The position numbers and the translations under genes were made by a program. 64,000 nt of DNA from Takakia lepidozioides (lineage: Eukaryota; Plantae; Bryophyta): contig CM060731.1 of NCBI GenBank assembly GCA_030704615.1, positions 87,978,001 through 88,042,000 of the forward strand, in the 5' to 3' direction. Below, piece after piece: positions 37,855 through 50,420 of this stretch. The notes under the pieces are model-generated. The model made no database searches and had not been told where the DNA came from. It was given only the letters and a program-made list of their open reading frames with translations. Each line of letters opens with the position of its first letter. Positions within the stretch are counted from its first letter, which is position 1.

Positions 37855-40800
37855 ATGCTGAAATTTCTGAAGGGAGTTGTGGGATCCGGAGGTGGCATCA
37901 AGGATCTGCCCTATAATCTCGGAGAGCCTTACGCTGCAGCCTGGGGCTCCTGGACTCACTATCGTGGCACCTCCAAGGTAAGTCGCTGTTTGACTGGATA
38001 GACTGATGCACTGCCTACTTTCTGACTTTCAGATTGTCAATATACCTCCTTTGTTTATATCCCATCGAATAATGCGAGGTTGGAATCTGGGCATGAATTA
38101 GCCAAAGCAGGCGCAAACAGCTGGCTGAAATACGATTAATTTTCATCTTGTGCTGGTGGATGGCAATTGCTCAGGCAGAACCACTGCGACTTACCGTAGG
38201 TTTCGTCATCTCCGTTTCACTTCCGAGGCGATGTGTTTCTGTGCCTACCTTAGATGCATACCTACCAGCTGATAGCGTCCTCCTCTGTCTGGCAGGATGA
38301 CAACACGCCAGTATCAATCTTCTCGTTGACTGGTACCAATGCTCAGGATGGGCGTCTTTCCGCCGCTCGTAATGGAGCCAAGCGCCTTCGAGTTGTAAGC
38401 TACCCTCTATTTCCCACTCTCTCATTAGGTTGCAACTGCATGCTCAAAAAAAACCTGGCAGTTGCAGTATGCACTAGGGGAACTGGACATACGTATCAGG
38501 GTTTAGTTGTTGGGTTCTCCAGTTGATGAGTTGTGTTGCTCGCAAGCTGGAGCTTTATGCTGATGAAGCAGTGAAGGAGAGTGGGTACTGAGGCACTGCT
38601 ATGGAGGTGCCATGGCCAGGTGCGGCATCCCAATGTGCTGGCATATCTGCACAGTACTGAAGTGGAGATGATGGATGGTAGTGTGGTCAAACCCACACTC
38701 TACATTGTTACGGAGCCTGTCGTGCCCTTGGCTGACAAAATAAAGGATCTCAACTTGAAAGGCACCCAGCGGTATGTGCCTGAGCATGGTTACACACTTC
38801 CCCATCGCAGGATTTGTCCACTAGCTATTGAGTGCTGCCCTTAGTCACTGTGTGGTGCTTTCAATTTCAAGTGCTTTTAGCGGAGCATGAAGTTGTGGAA
38901 GAGCATTGCTGGACTTGCAGGGATGAGTATTATGCCTGGGGGCTCCATCAGATTGCGAAAGCTGTCAGCTTTCTCAACAATGACTGCAAGCTGGTATGCC
39001 CTGCTGCTTTGAAGGTCCATTGCAGTCTCTGCTGTTTGGGCCCATTTTAAAGGGAGGGTTTGTGCAATGTGTCAGCTGGGGCATTCTTTTGTAGTTACTA
39101 ATGACTGATCTAAGTGAATGCAGGTCCATGGCAATGTGTGCTTAGCATCAGTGGTGGTAACTGAAACACTGGATTGGAAGCTGCATGGCTTTGACGTGCT
39201 GTCAGAATTTGATGGTGCCAATCCTGCAGCCACTGGTCCTATGCTTGTGAGTACCATGGATATCCTAATTTTGTTCTATCAGATGACTAATCAAAGCAGT
39301 AACACACATTTGCTACAATTTTTAAACTGTAGAAGTGCTATCTGTTTGCAATGCTATGTGTAAAGCTGGGGGCTTATAGGGAGAGCTTAATGTCTGCAGC
39401 AATTCGAATGGCTGGTAGGCATACAATACAAATCTGTGGAACTGGCCAAATGCGACTGGGCTGCAATCCGCAAGTCACCTGCTTGGGCAGTGGACTCATG
39501 GGGACTTGGTCAGTAGAGTCCTCCTTTGAAAACTTTTTCAACTCATGAAGATAAAATTATTGTTTTCTTTTCTTCAAGTATGGATGTCTTGGATCGAGAG
39601 GGCTGCAAATTATGTCAACAGTTTAGGAAGACCAATTTGTAATCAATTTTCCTTGATCTGGTCACATATTGTACCGCCCAATGTCTAAGACATCTGTAAA
39701 CAAAGGCATGTGGGAAATAGATTGGGAGGTCTTTCTCTCAATATTCACAGGAAATGTTTGATGTGTACATCTCTCTGTCTGTCTGAAACTTGTGCGCATG
39801 CCCTTACATCCATGGTATGGCACTCTTTTCTGTGAAGTGCTTGATTCTTGGGTTCCCGTTCTAGCATGTTGATTCATGTGGTTACACAGTCTTTTCAACA
39901 AGCAGGCCTCCATAGGGTAGCTAGCTTGGTTACTGGAAGTTGGTAGAGATTGTTCTTAGTGGGTGATTTTGTCCTACTCTTGAGGACAAACCTTATCCTA
40001 GAGGATCCTTTTTAATAGTGACATGGCTGCCTGTGATTTTAGGTTGTTTGATTTATGAGCTGTTTTCAAATACCAAGCTCATGAAGACAGAGGAGCTCCG
40101 GAATACTTCGGCTATTCCAAAGGTTGTTTGGTCTTAAACTTCAGGATGTGTAGGGTGCACTATCTGTTCATTACGTATTGTCCATGGCTTCACTTTCAGG
40201 GTGCCTATTGGTCTTGGCTGGAGTGGTGGGAAAGGCCTCCATAAGCTTCTTGGTTGTGGAGATATGCAGTATGTGCTGGTTGGTGTCTCGCAAGTGCTGG
40301 TTTCTAGCAGCAGCATTCCTCACATGCTTACCTTTAGCTCCTGGGTTCTCTCCAGACTCTGCTTCCAGATTACCAGAGGCTTTTGGGGTCAATTCCATCA
40401 AAGAGGATGAATTCAGCTAAGCTGATAGAGAACAGTGGTGAGGCTCAAAGCCTTTGATGTCCAACACTTTTTTACTTTCCTAAATGGGGATTTTGTGTGT
40501 GCGCTGTATAAATATAGTGGTCCAGTTGGAGGCATGAGCAGAAAACCGTTCTTGTCATGCCACCGATAAGTTGGGTTTTCATTTTCTTTGCTGTTCTTCA
40601 CTGCAGGATTATCTGGTTTAGTGGGTGCATCTTCTGCATGTACTAAGTGTGCAGGCTATAAGGCCGTAAAGCATTCCAATTTTCAGATGTGGTAGTTGAT
40701 TGAACTGGGTCTTGGGGAGACTCACATGTCTCGGGCAGAATTTTTCCAAAACAAGCTGGTGGAGAGCATTCAGTTCATGGAGGTGTTGAATTTGAAGGAT

Positions 40801-43800
40801 AGCGTGGAGAAAGATTCATTTTTCCGCAAGCTTCCCAATCTGGCCGAACAGCTTCCTCGCCCTATTGTGTTGAAAAAGGTCCTATACGACCTCCTCCATT
40901 GTTTCTTGCTTGTGACTCTTGGATTATATTTCCAGCTGGCTCTTTGGTTAGGCCCTTGAACTTCTTGGTTTAACTTACACTTAGTTGTTACATCTGGCAG
41001 CTTCTTCCTTTGCTGGCATCTGCATTGGAATTTGGTTCAGCTCAAGCACCCGCTTTGAATCCACTCCTCAAAATGGGCTCCTGGCTGCCCCAGGATGAAT
41101 TCAATAGTAAGGTGTGTTTATGTTATGAATGTATTTGTCTCCCTCCACTTTTCCATTGCCTCCCAAGTTTTTTCTCTTCTCTTTCTTCTGAGGAGAATAT
41201 TTGTCTTACTGATCCTCCACTAGTTTATTGATTTGTCTCTTGGTTATGCACATTCAAATGGGCTTGATTTCATGCTTTCTGTTTCAGGTTTTGCCAACCA
41301 TCATCAAGCTCTTTGCGTCAACTGACCGTGCTATTCGGGTTGGATTACTGCAACATGTTGACAATTTTGGGGGTGGTCTATCTACCCAAGTTGTCGATGA
41401 GCAGGTTTGCATATTGTCTTGAGGAATTGTGATCAACTGGTTTTGATTCTGAGTTCTCTTTGAACTGCACTCATGCACTAACATGGAAGTATCATATTAG
41501 GCTAACAAGGACTTACTGGCTTGCTGGAGCTAGGTCTTTCCACACGTGGCGACTGGATTCTCAGACTCGTCTGCTTTTCTGCGAGAACTCACACTAAAGT
41601 CAATGCTTACACTTGCTCCTAAGGTGAGTAGAATAGGTGAGTAGGAGCAAATTGTACCTTGTTCTGGTCATGCTGCTTAATGCAAGGTTGCTTTTGTGTA
41701 AACTTTGACATGAATGGCAGCAGACAATGTATTTGATGTAGATTTATGGAACATTTTTTTAACAGTGACAATGGACAATCTTCCACCCTGATTTGATTGT
41801 CAACCTTCTGTAAATAAAGTGGCACAGTTTCACAAAGGACGAAGTGGTAGCTGTGAACAGATGTGCCACTATAGTTTGAGAAGATAAGGTCAAAGACCAG
41901 CATAACTTATTTGTCTTTCAGCATTGGATACTGTGGGAAGTTGCCTAGATTCAGTTTCTCACCGTGTGATGCCCATGGCACCTTAGAATCTCTAGGTGCT
42001 GCAGTTAGACAGTTTTGCATATTTTCATCTGTGAAATTGTGGACCTGTACATGTGAGATTGTTCTGCTGGAATGGAATGTTCTTTGAGGTGACCATAAGC
42101 AAGGCCAATAATTGCGAAGCAGGCATTGGTATTTAGTTTGCACAGTTGAAGATGTTTAATCCTTCCAGTCTGTGGCAGGTGCTTGCAGCTAAAGCATGAA
42201 AACATTTCCGTGTACACTGACAAACCCTTCCAATCAGACTGGTGTCTTACTCTGCTTGGTGGGGTCTGCAGTTGTCTCAGCGTACGATGACAGGCTCTCT
42301 CTTGAAGCACCTCTCAAAGCTGCAGGTTTGCCTCTTTTATCTTGGAGGATACCTGCATCCATGCCTGAGGCAATTCTTTGAGGTCATTTGTGTGTGAAAC
42401 TGATCACAAATTGGTGATGGCAGTACTTTTTGGTATTCATGCAAATTGTGTGTTTAAGGGTCGATGTGTGAGGAGGGATGATTGATTGTGGAGTGATGCC
42501 AAGCAGGTGGATGAAGAGCCAGCTATTCGCACCAACACTACCATTCTACTAGGCAATATCGCCAGCCACCTTAATGAAGCTGTTAGTTGCTCCCTGAACT
42601 GCTTGCTGCTTTGCATGTTTCCAGCTTTTTCATTCCTATGGCTGTATTCTGGGAGGCAACTTATCTAGGAGGATGTACAGTAGTCGTGCTCTCTGCGGGT
42701 AGAGGTGCTGTTGACAAATATGCCATTCATGATTGCAGACAAGAAAAAGGGTGTTGATAAATGCATTTACTGTGCGTGCTCTACGAGATGGTTTCGCTCC
42801 CGCCAGAGGAGCCGGTAGTGTGTCCCACCTCTTCCTTTTTGTGTGCAGTTGTACATGACGTCAAGTAAGCTCGTTGAAATCATCATAGGTTATCATTGGC
42901 TGCATCGCCAGTTGGTCTGTTCAATTTAGCCTTCTGACACAAATGGCGTGTGGTTCGACTTCTGGTAGGTTAAGCTCAACAGTTATTTGATGTTGTCTAG
43001 CATTGGATTCCAAGGGTAGTGATGAGTGTTGGCACTGGCAGGCATCATGGCCCTCATGGCAACTAGCGAGTACTATGATGCTTCAGAAATTGCAACACGA
43101 ATCCTACCTCAACTTGTGGTGCTCACCGTTGATTCCGATCGGTATACTTCTCAAAGCTGGAACCTTGCTAGTTACTATGTCAGAGTTAAGTTCATACATA
43201 CATCAAGCTTTTCATTTGGTGTACTATGCAGACACCCTTGTGTAAGTATGATGATCCTGCTTAGTTTAGGTAGTGTCCTGCTAAGAAGCCATAGCAACAC
43301 ACACAAGGTTAGTACAGACTGAGTTGGCCTCTTGAAGGCATTTCTGGTCAGAGTTTTGTATACCATTCTTTTAATGTAGATTTTGTTTTGCTTTGCTTTG
43401 CTTAGTGGTAATCTTAGTTTCTAGTCCAAGTCTCAGGTCATCATGTGTGGTCCTTACTCGAATGATGGGTTTATTCCCTGTTGTATGCCAATGGCACATG
43501 TCAGTGATGTGAGAACAAAAGCCTTCCAAGCAACAGAAATTTACTTGCAGGCAGTGAAGCAGTACTATTCCAAGGTGATGAAAGCAGCCAGTATTTTCCA
43601 TTTTAGAGTGTGGCACTGTACAACTTTCAGGCAGTTACTCTTTTGACAGGTTTACAAAGGCTACTGACTTCCTCTTTAGTGATCTGTGCAACTGATGATG
43701 AACTAAGGCTAGGCAGTCCAGTTCCAATGTGTAGACCTTGCTGAGCTTGTTGAACTTACATCCAAAACAGGTTATTTCAGATACTCGTGTCTTAAATGTC

Positions 43801-45069
43801 CAAGGCATGTTGCAATATCCCCTGCAGATGTCACCACACTCCTTCCAAAGCTTACCTACAGGTGGCTTGGTCATGCAAATCAAAGGGGCATTGATGTGAG
43901 AACATGGTGAAGTGTAGGGGATGAGTGTAATATTGAGGCTGTGGATATGGGATTGCAGTTGCAGAATGCAGGAGATGGCGTCGCTGCTCCTGCTGCTACT
44001 CTGTCTGCAAGTGCTGGTTCTGGCTTGCTTGGGTATAAGACACCCTGATCCTGTGTGGCTTTGGATTAGAAGCTATGTGCCACATTCTGTTGTGTAGGCA
44101 TGGGAGGACCTGGATCTAAGTGTGATTTTTCTTGAGTCTTGCAGATGGGCCGTGAATTCCTTGACATCAAAGGGCAGAGGTGCAGAGCACATGACAGCTC
44201 CTTCAGAAAGTGCTTCCTTGTCTACCACCACAGGTATATTGAATGTGGTCACTAGTTTCCTTGTGGGCATCTGTGGCCCAGGATTTAGGGTGCTGCAACT
44301 CTGAAGCAAGAATCAGACTCGTACTACATAAATGGCCCTTGTGGCCTCTCCCTAGGCCGCCGCATCCCTCACTGTCATTCTTCTTGCATGAGCTACCTGA
44401 TGTTTAATGCTCATGCTTCTCATGGGCTATATTATATTCCACAGCCTCCTTGTCAGGGAGCCTTGCGCCGTCACCAATTGTGACACAGTCCAATAACATT
44501 AACGTGCTTCAAGAGGCTTCAGCAATTTCATCTCCTACATCAACTGACGGGTGGGGAGATGCACATGACAATGAGTCAGCAGCCGATGATGATGACAAAG
44601 ATGGGTGGGGTGACATGGATCTACCCCCAGAACCTGCACCTGCACTGGCAAGGACTCGCGCCGCCCAGCAAAGACCAGTCACAACAACAGTGGCAAAAGT
44701 CAGTATGAAGCCTGGTAAGCGTTGTTTCCTGATTTTCTCTGACTTCACTCGCTCTCTTTTGCTTGTGTGCCTAACTCACATCTTCTGGCAGGTGGGGAGA
44801 GGGTTCGTGAAAGCAGTGCCAAGGTGGTTGGGGACGGTTGGGGCAAAGAGGATGACGACGATCCATGGGCTGCCATTGCAGCTCCTGCTCCATCCACAAA
44901 TGTAAGGGCCCTTGGCACAAGTGTTACCTCCAAATCAAGTGGTGTTTCTCACCGGGTGCAACAAGCACAGCATGTGACTATCAAGAGTGTCCAGGGTACT
45001 GGAAGAGGGCGAGGCCGAGCTGCACCCATGAAGCTAGGAGCTCAACGCATCAACCGTACCGAAGACTAG
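37855..45069 (+). CDS. SCYL1: SCY1-like inactive protein kinase with HEAT repeats (SCYL1/CTEXP type; multi-exon)
   Basis: 'MLKFLKGVVGSG', 'VRHPNVLAYLHS', 'VHGNVCLASVVVT..DWKLHGFD', 'LKDSVEKDSFFRKL', 'VDEEPAIRTNTTILLG', C-terminal 'PMKLGAQRI'; GT-AG introns. Confidence 0.93.
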
Positions 45070-45964
45070 CGCAGTGTACTAAAATTACAATGACACAATT
45101 GATGCATATCTAAGTCTCATAATCAGAAAAAAAGTCAGTAAGAAGTTATGAGGCAGATCCATTCTCAACAAATTATGACAGCGTGATGGCTAGTGTACGC
45201 GCGTATATATTTTAGACGGTTACAGTTTTGTAAACTGAACACTTGAACTTAGTCAGGTGCCTTGAGGCCATTGTAGGGAGACGATAGAGATAACTCAGGC
45301 TTGCATCTGAACCTAGAGTTATGCTTGACTACATCTGCACGGGAAACTAATGGACTTTTCTTCACACTCACCTCCTGCATCTGGCATCATTGACTTGGCT
45401 CATTTACCTAAGTGCACCTGCTGGTTGTGAGGGAGAGGGGTGTAATGGACATCTGAGCATGACAGTGAAAGTCGTGCCTCTTCAACAACAGCCATGAGAG
45501 GGAGCACGGGATGCGCAACACTCTTATGGCAATGACCATTGATGACTGTTCTGGCTGAATAAGAACGGTAAGAGGTTGACGTTTGGAGCAAATTGAGCTA
45601 TGTGTATGCCAAACAACACTTGTAGGCCTGACTGATTGCAAGTTTTCTGCAGTTCCAAGTCCAGAACATCTGATCATCACAGTTTTACTAGAAAATCTTC
45701 TCAACCTTTATGTGCAGATACTACCAACTGACTGGGCATGGCCTCCGCACAAACCCACTCTCATGGAAACCAAACACGTTTCTTGTGGCCCACTACAGTC
45801 TGCCCTGGATAAATGTTAACGGTCGGGAGTAGAAAAAAAATAACATTTAGACAAAGTTAACGTTAGGGAGGGATTAGTAAAAGGCATTGACATTTGAAAA
45901 ATGACACTTACACAACATCCATTTCTTTTACATGAGCAATTGGAGGCACAATCTCAATACCATA

Positions 45965-47072
45965 CTAGGGTAGCCTGTGCTGTTGGCCCATGTGTGAAGA
46001 ATTAAGACCAAGTCCAATTTCCTATGTATCCAAATGCGTCTCCCGTGTTAAGGCCCATCTAAGCCCAATTGCAATCTCCTATGTATCCAAGTGCTTCTCC
46101 CATGTAGAGGCCCAAGTGCGACCTCCAGTGTCATACCAACACTTAATTTTGTAATTTAGTTGAATTTTCAGCGACCAAAATTGTTCATATTTGTATAATT
46201 CTCGGCCCGTAGGTCCAAATTTTGTGAAACCAAGTCGGTGCACCCCTACTCATCGAGGGCTTTCCAATGGTACTGAAGTCAAGGCTAGAGGCCCTGCAGT
46301 TTGGGAGATCTCAACCACACTACGAACAATATTGTAAACGTCAATATTTTTTTTTTAAACCCAATTTACATTTACGTCCACGTGCACAAAAGACAAATGA
46401 AGGGCCAATCATTGTTCCAGGAAAGCCTACTTTTCACGAATTTCCAGCGACCAAAAGTACTTGAAATTCATTATCTCCCACACCGCAGGTCCAAAAACTA
46501 TGAGACTAAGTCGTTGCACCCCTCCTCATCGAGGGCTTTCCAACGGTACCAAGCACCAAGGTTGGGCCCCACTGTTTGGGAGATCTCAACGCTACAAAAC
46601 AAATAAAACAAACAAACGGGTGTTGATAGTTGGTGTGCAGGTGAGCGGGTGAGCAGGTGAGCAGACCAAAAAATTTGTGAGCATAAAATTAAAAGTGAAT
46701 ATTATGTGAGCACAAGTTAAGATTTTCAGGTACAATAAATTTATATGCTCACATTAATTTATATATATGAGCATTTATTTTTGTATTTTATTAGGTTTGG
46801 AGTTTGGATCGGGATTAGGTTCGGCATCATATAGTTCTCCAGCGAACCACATATTATACTATCAATGTGTGGTTCGCCGGAGAACCAAGCCCGAGCCTAT
46901 TTCCGAACCTATACCCGAAGCCATATTATTGGTGCCGAACCTATAAATCTCGCCAAACCTATAGGTTTGATTAGATTCTCATGTCCGAACCTAAAAAAAA
47001 TTGGCCGTTCACGCGCTCACCTGCTCACCACCGCTCATCCCCACAAACAAACTACTTTGCTTCATATATTGA
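45965..47072 (-). mobile_element. Non-autonomous Helitron (with nested MITE)
   Basis: On the minus strand A|TCAATATATGAAGC (47072) ... CTAG|T (45965); decayed subterminal hairpin; internal duplicated 'CCCCT.CTCATCGAGGGCTTTCCAAYGGTAC' blocks at about 46240 and 46520. Confidence 0.6.
46618..47042. mobile_element. Mutator-type MITE with GGTGAGC-rich TIRs and 10-bp TSD
   Basis: TSD ACAAACAAAC at 46608-46617 and 47043-47052; TIRs GGG...TGGTG.GCAGGTGAGCG.GTGA. Confidence 0.8.
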
Positions 47073-47089
47073 TACTTGTGAAACATAGC

Positions 47090-47340
47090 ACATCGGCTGG
47101 TAGCTCGGCTGGTGAGTGCACAATGTGTCGCCCTGGTGGTTCAGGGTTCGAACCCGCTACCCTGCGCGGTGTGTGGATTGTTCGTGACCGGGTGGTCTGG
47201 TGGTGATGTTTCCCTCCTATGTGCCTAATGGCTTATCTGAAAGGGGGTTAATTTTTCCCCCTCAAGGGCCTAAATTGTGAGCAGTCGCTCCCAGGTTTAT
47301 TATTTCAAAAAATAAAAATAAAATAAAAATAAAAAAAAAT
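47090..47340 (+). mobile_element. tRNA-derived SINE
   Basis: A-box TAGCTCGGCTGG (47101), B-box GGTTCGAACC (47145), unrelated body, A-rich tail 47307-47339; no cloverleaf 3' acceptor. Confidence 0.8.
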
Positions 47341-47414
47341 GATGCAGGTACAACTAGCACATAGGTAACTTATCACTCAAAAACAACCTCCATCTCAAGT
47401 CTAGAAATGATAAA

Positions 47415-48551
47415 AGCGGCAATGATGCGGCTGACCTCCTTGCCCAGGCAGGCGCTTCCCGTCCCCCGGCTGACCCTACAAACGATCCCATCCACATCAC
47501 TCATGACCACCCCTTTTGGCTAATACACCCAGTTCTAGGCCCCCCTGATACCCGACCAATACGTAATCTAATGACCATCCTCACTCGCGAAGCGAACAAA
47601 CAAGCTATGGCGTCTATCAATCACACCAAGATCCACATTCAAAATGGGACACAATCCAGCGTTCTCCACCATAAGCTATCAAACTACTTTTGGCATACCA
47701 AAGCTGTTACCGATGCACAAATAAGACAAACACTCAAATTTAGATGCGCAAGCACATCTTCTGGCCACGCCTTTTTCTATCCCCACATTGCCCACTCTGC
47801 TCACACACCCACCAAGTGCGTGACACCTGGCCTCACCTTCTCAGTCAGTGTACCTATCCTGTCATCCACGGACTTCGCATAACTCGCCACAACCATGCAG
47901 TCTAACACATTCATAAACTTCTACTTCCCTATATTTGCCCCCATTCACCCTGTACCTGCCCAACGAGACTCTGCCCAGACATCTTGCTTGTCTAGGGCTT
48001 ACGCATAAACCCCCCCCCCCCGCCCTCTGCCCGCATAACCCCCCAAACCTCACCGTGGACTTTGTCGAATTTACATACTGCCATGATCGTTACCCCAGCT
48101 CCTCCACCCTCGACAAACGACAGAAATACGCCTCGCTCATCCTTGCAATCCGCCAACAAGGCTGGAACACCGGCCCACTATCTATCGTCACTACTGGTAC
48201 TAGAGGTGGAATTCACAACCCCAGTATTACCGCACTACGCAGAAACTTTAATATCCATCTCTCCCCCATTCATAAATGGCGCTTCAAGGCTATCCACCTC
48301 ACAGCACTCCACTCCCTCACAACTATTATCACTAATAAACGGGAACTTGAATCCACCCTCCCATCGGTTCCCTAGGCACCCCTACCCACAGGTTCCCTAG
48401 ACACCCCTGCCCCTAGGTTACCCGGTGCCCCCTTGGCACCTACAGGCTCAGCCTGTTGTCTTTATAGGGCCCACCCCCAAAAGAGGGCAATAGCCGTGAG
48501 GCGAAGTGGCTCTTAGTTACGTCGGCTTCGGCCGGAGTCTTATCTCTTCTC
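47415..48551 (+). mobile_element. 5'-truncated Dualen/RandI-like LINE: RNase H end, CCHC finger, RLE endonuclease, structured 3' UTR
   Basis: 'GNDAADLLA' (RNase H C-term); 'CPLC......DTWPHLLSQC....IHGLRITRHN' ; 'VDFVEFTYCHDR...KRQKY..L...GW...GTRGGIH'; TSD TCTAGAAATG(A/C)TAAA at 47400-47414 and 48552-48566. Confidence 0.85.
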
Positions 48552-48791
48552 TCTAGAAATGCTAAACATATATTTTGTTGTATTTGTATTAGCTTCTAAT
48601 CACGTTACTATTACATGATTACCTTCTGATCCTATGATGATATTTTAACATATAATCTTATCTTAGCCTAGCTGGAGCTTAATTATGGAGCTCATCTCAA
48701 GCTAGCTTGAGCATATCTGGTGGCCTTTATGGTGCATTTAACATTTATTTAGGGAAAATCACTCGTTCCAAAACAGTGATGAGACGGCTCA

Positions 48792-49518
48792 TGTCGCGCA
48801 CCTCCTTTCGGTAAGCTCCCCCTCAAGTTATAGTTACTCGCTTTGATGCGCGCGCCTGACTCCCAACCTGGCCGCCGGGCCAACTTGGAGCTTCGGCTGC
48901 TCACCGGGGCATAACGGTCCCCCTTTGTTCTCCCAAAGAACCCTCCACCGCTTTGGAACCAGCGGGAATTCCCTTTTGTAGTTGGCAGTCCGGAACAGCT
49001 CCCCACTCTTTGGTCGCTTTCCGGCTCGCTCGCTTACTCACTAGTTTTTGGTCACCAACGGGCTTGCACCGTTCTCGGGGTTACTACTCCCTATATATAC
49101 TTCTGTAGCTGTCCGCGGGGGTTTCACAACCAGCCATGCCATTTTATGGCGAACCACCACGAAAACCCTCGACTCCCGGTGATGAGTCGCGGTGAGTCTT
49201 GGCCCACTCACCACGGCCACTATGGACCGTGATGAGTCCCAAGACTCCCCATGACTCCCACCACAAGGTCTCCGCCCCCATGGTGAGTCCTATGCCACCC
49301 CCACTAAGTCCCGCTAAGCTACCACCACCCCTTGTGGAGCCACCCCCACCGCAACCCGGTGTGCGGGGCTCCACCTAGTGAGTGCCTCCGCCTCCTTGAG
49401 TGCCTTGGGCACTCAAGGGTGCTTCAGCCCCCCATACCTATCGCTGCCGCTGCCCCCACCACAGGGGCAGCCCCTCATGTGTCCCGACCCCCTGCCCTCA
49501 AGGCAAAGGGCCGCGACA
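48792..49518 (-). repeat. 3' LTR of the chromovirus
   Basis: About 5 substitutions plus one 14-bp indel relative to 54960-55672. Confidence 0.97.
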
Positions 49519-50420
49519 CACACCCCTACCAACAGGGAGTCGATGTCCTCATCGACTTGTCGTTTTGTAGAAACGAACATCCAAGTTGTGGCGTCCCACA
49601 TCAAGGAGTTTGTTTCCGTACCATGGCGTCCCATGGCAAAGAACCAAACCCCACACTTGACTCTACTCTCCACTAGCTAGTTCGGCCGACTTCCTCCAAG
49701 TCCTGGCCAAGGGTGGAGCCTCTCCAGCTCCTCCCAGTGCACTCTTCTTGGCCTACTTAAGGCCAAGGAACGATCATCCCCGAGGATCGGATCGCCTTAC
49801 TGCAACAACATTGCTTGCGACCGCTCATGATGCCGCTTTTGGCATCACCTTGAGCAAGGGTTCCCTGGAACCCTCTTTGACTAGGAAGATAACCTTGAAC
49901 CAACCGTGCGCCCCAATCACTACAATTGGGTCCGCCTTGGAATGCTGGCCTGAGGTACGGGAACACGCCGAAGCCGCACTACGACTTCGTCCCGAGGCTA
50001 CACGATTATAGTACGTGAACGGAAGCACGTAGCTTCCGCGTTAGCCCGCACTACAAGACAACCCTCTCGGTAGCGCAGTTATAGTACACGCACGCGCCAG
50101 GTGCGCACTAGCACGTGAACTCCCAAAGTAGGCGCAAGTTTCCTTGCCCCTTAGATGGGGGTCACCCGATTTCGGCACTACGCAAACACACGATTAACCC
50201 AATTTACCTCTCCCACTTTTATAAGCTAGCATGCATTCTACACACTAGCCAACCATACCATGCATCACCATTCCAAACAAAATAGGACGCACAACATTTG
50301 GAAGCCATTTCATTTATAGCACGTTTTGTACAATACAAGTTTTTGCAATCAGATTCCTAAGCTAGCTAAGCCGGGCTAAGCATGCATTTCCTCCCCCACG
50401 CTCCAAGGTTGATGTCCCCA

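Noticed and set aside
47095-47165. tRNA gene
   Set aside because: A and B boxes are present but there is no complete cloverleaf, and it continues into a body and A-rich tail, so it is a SINE
50049-50058. CACTACAAGA as a CACTA terminus
   Set aside because: No subterminal repeats or partner end; lies within the retrotransposon 3' region
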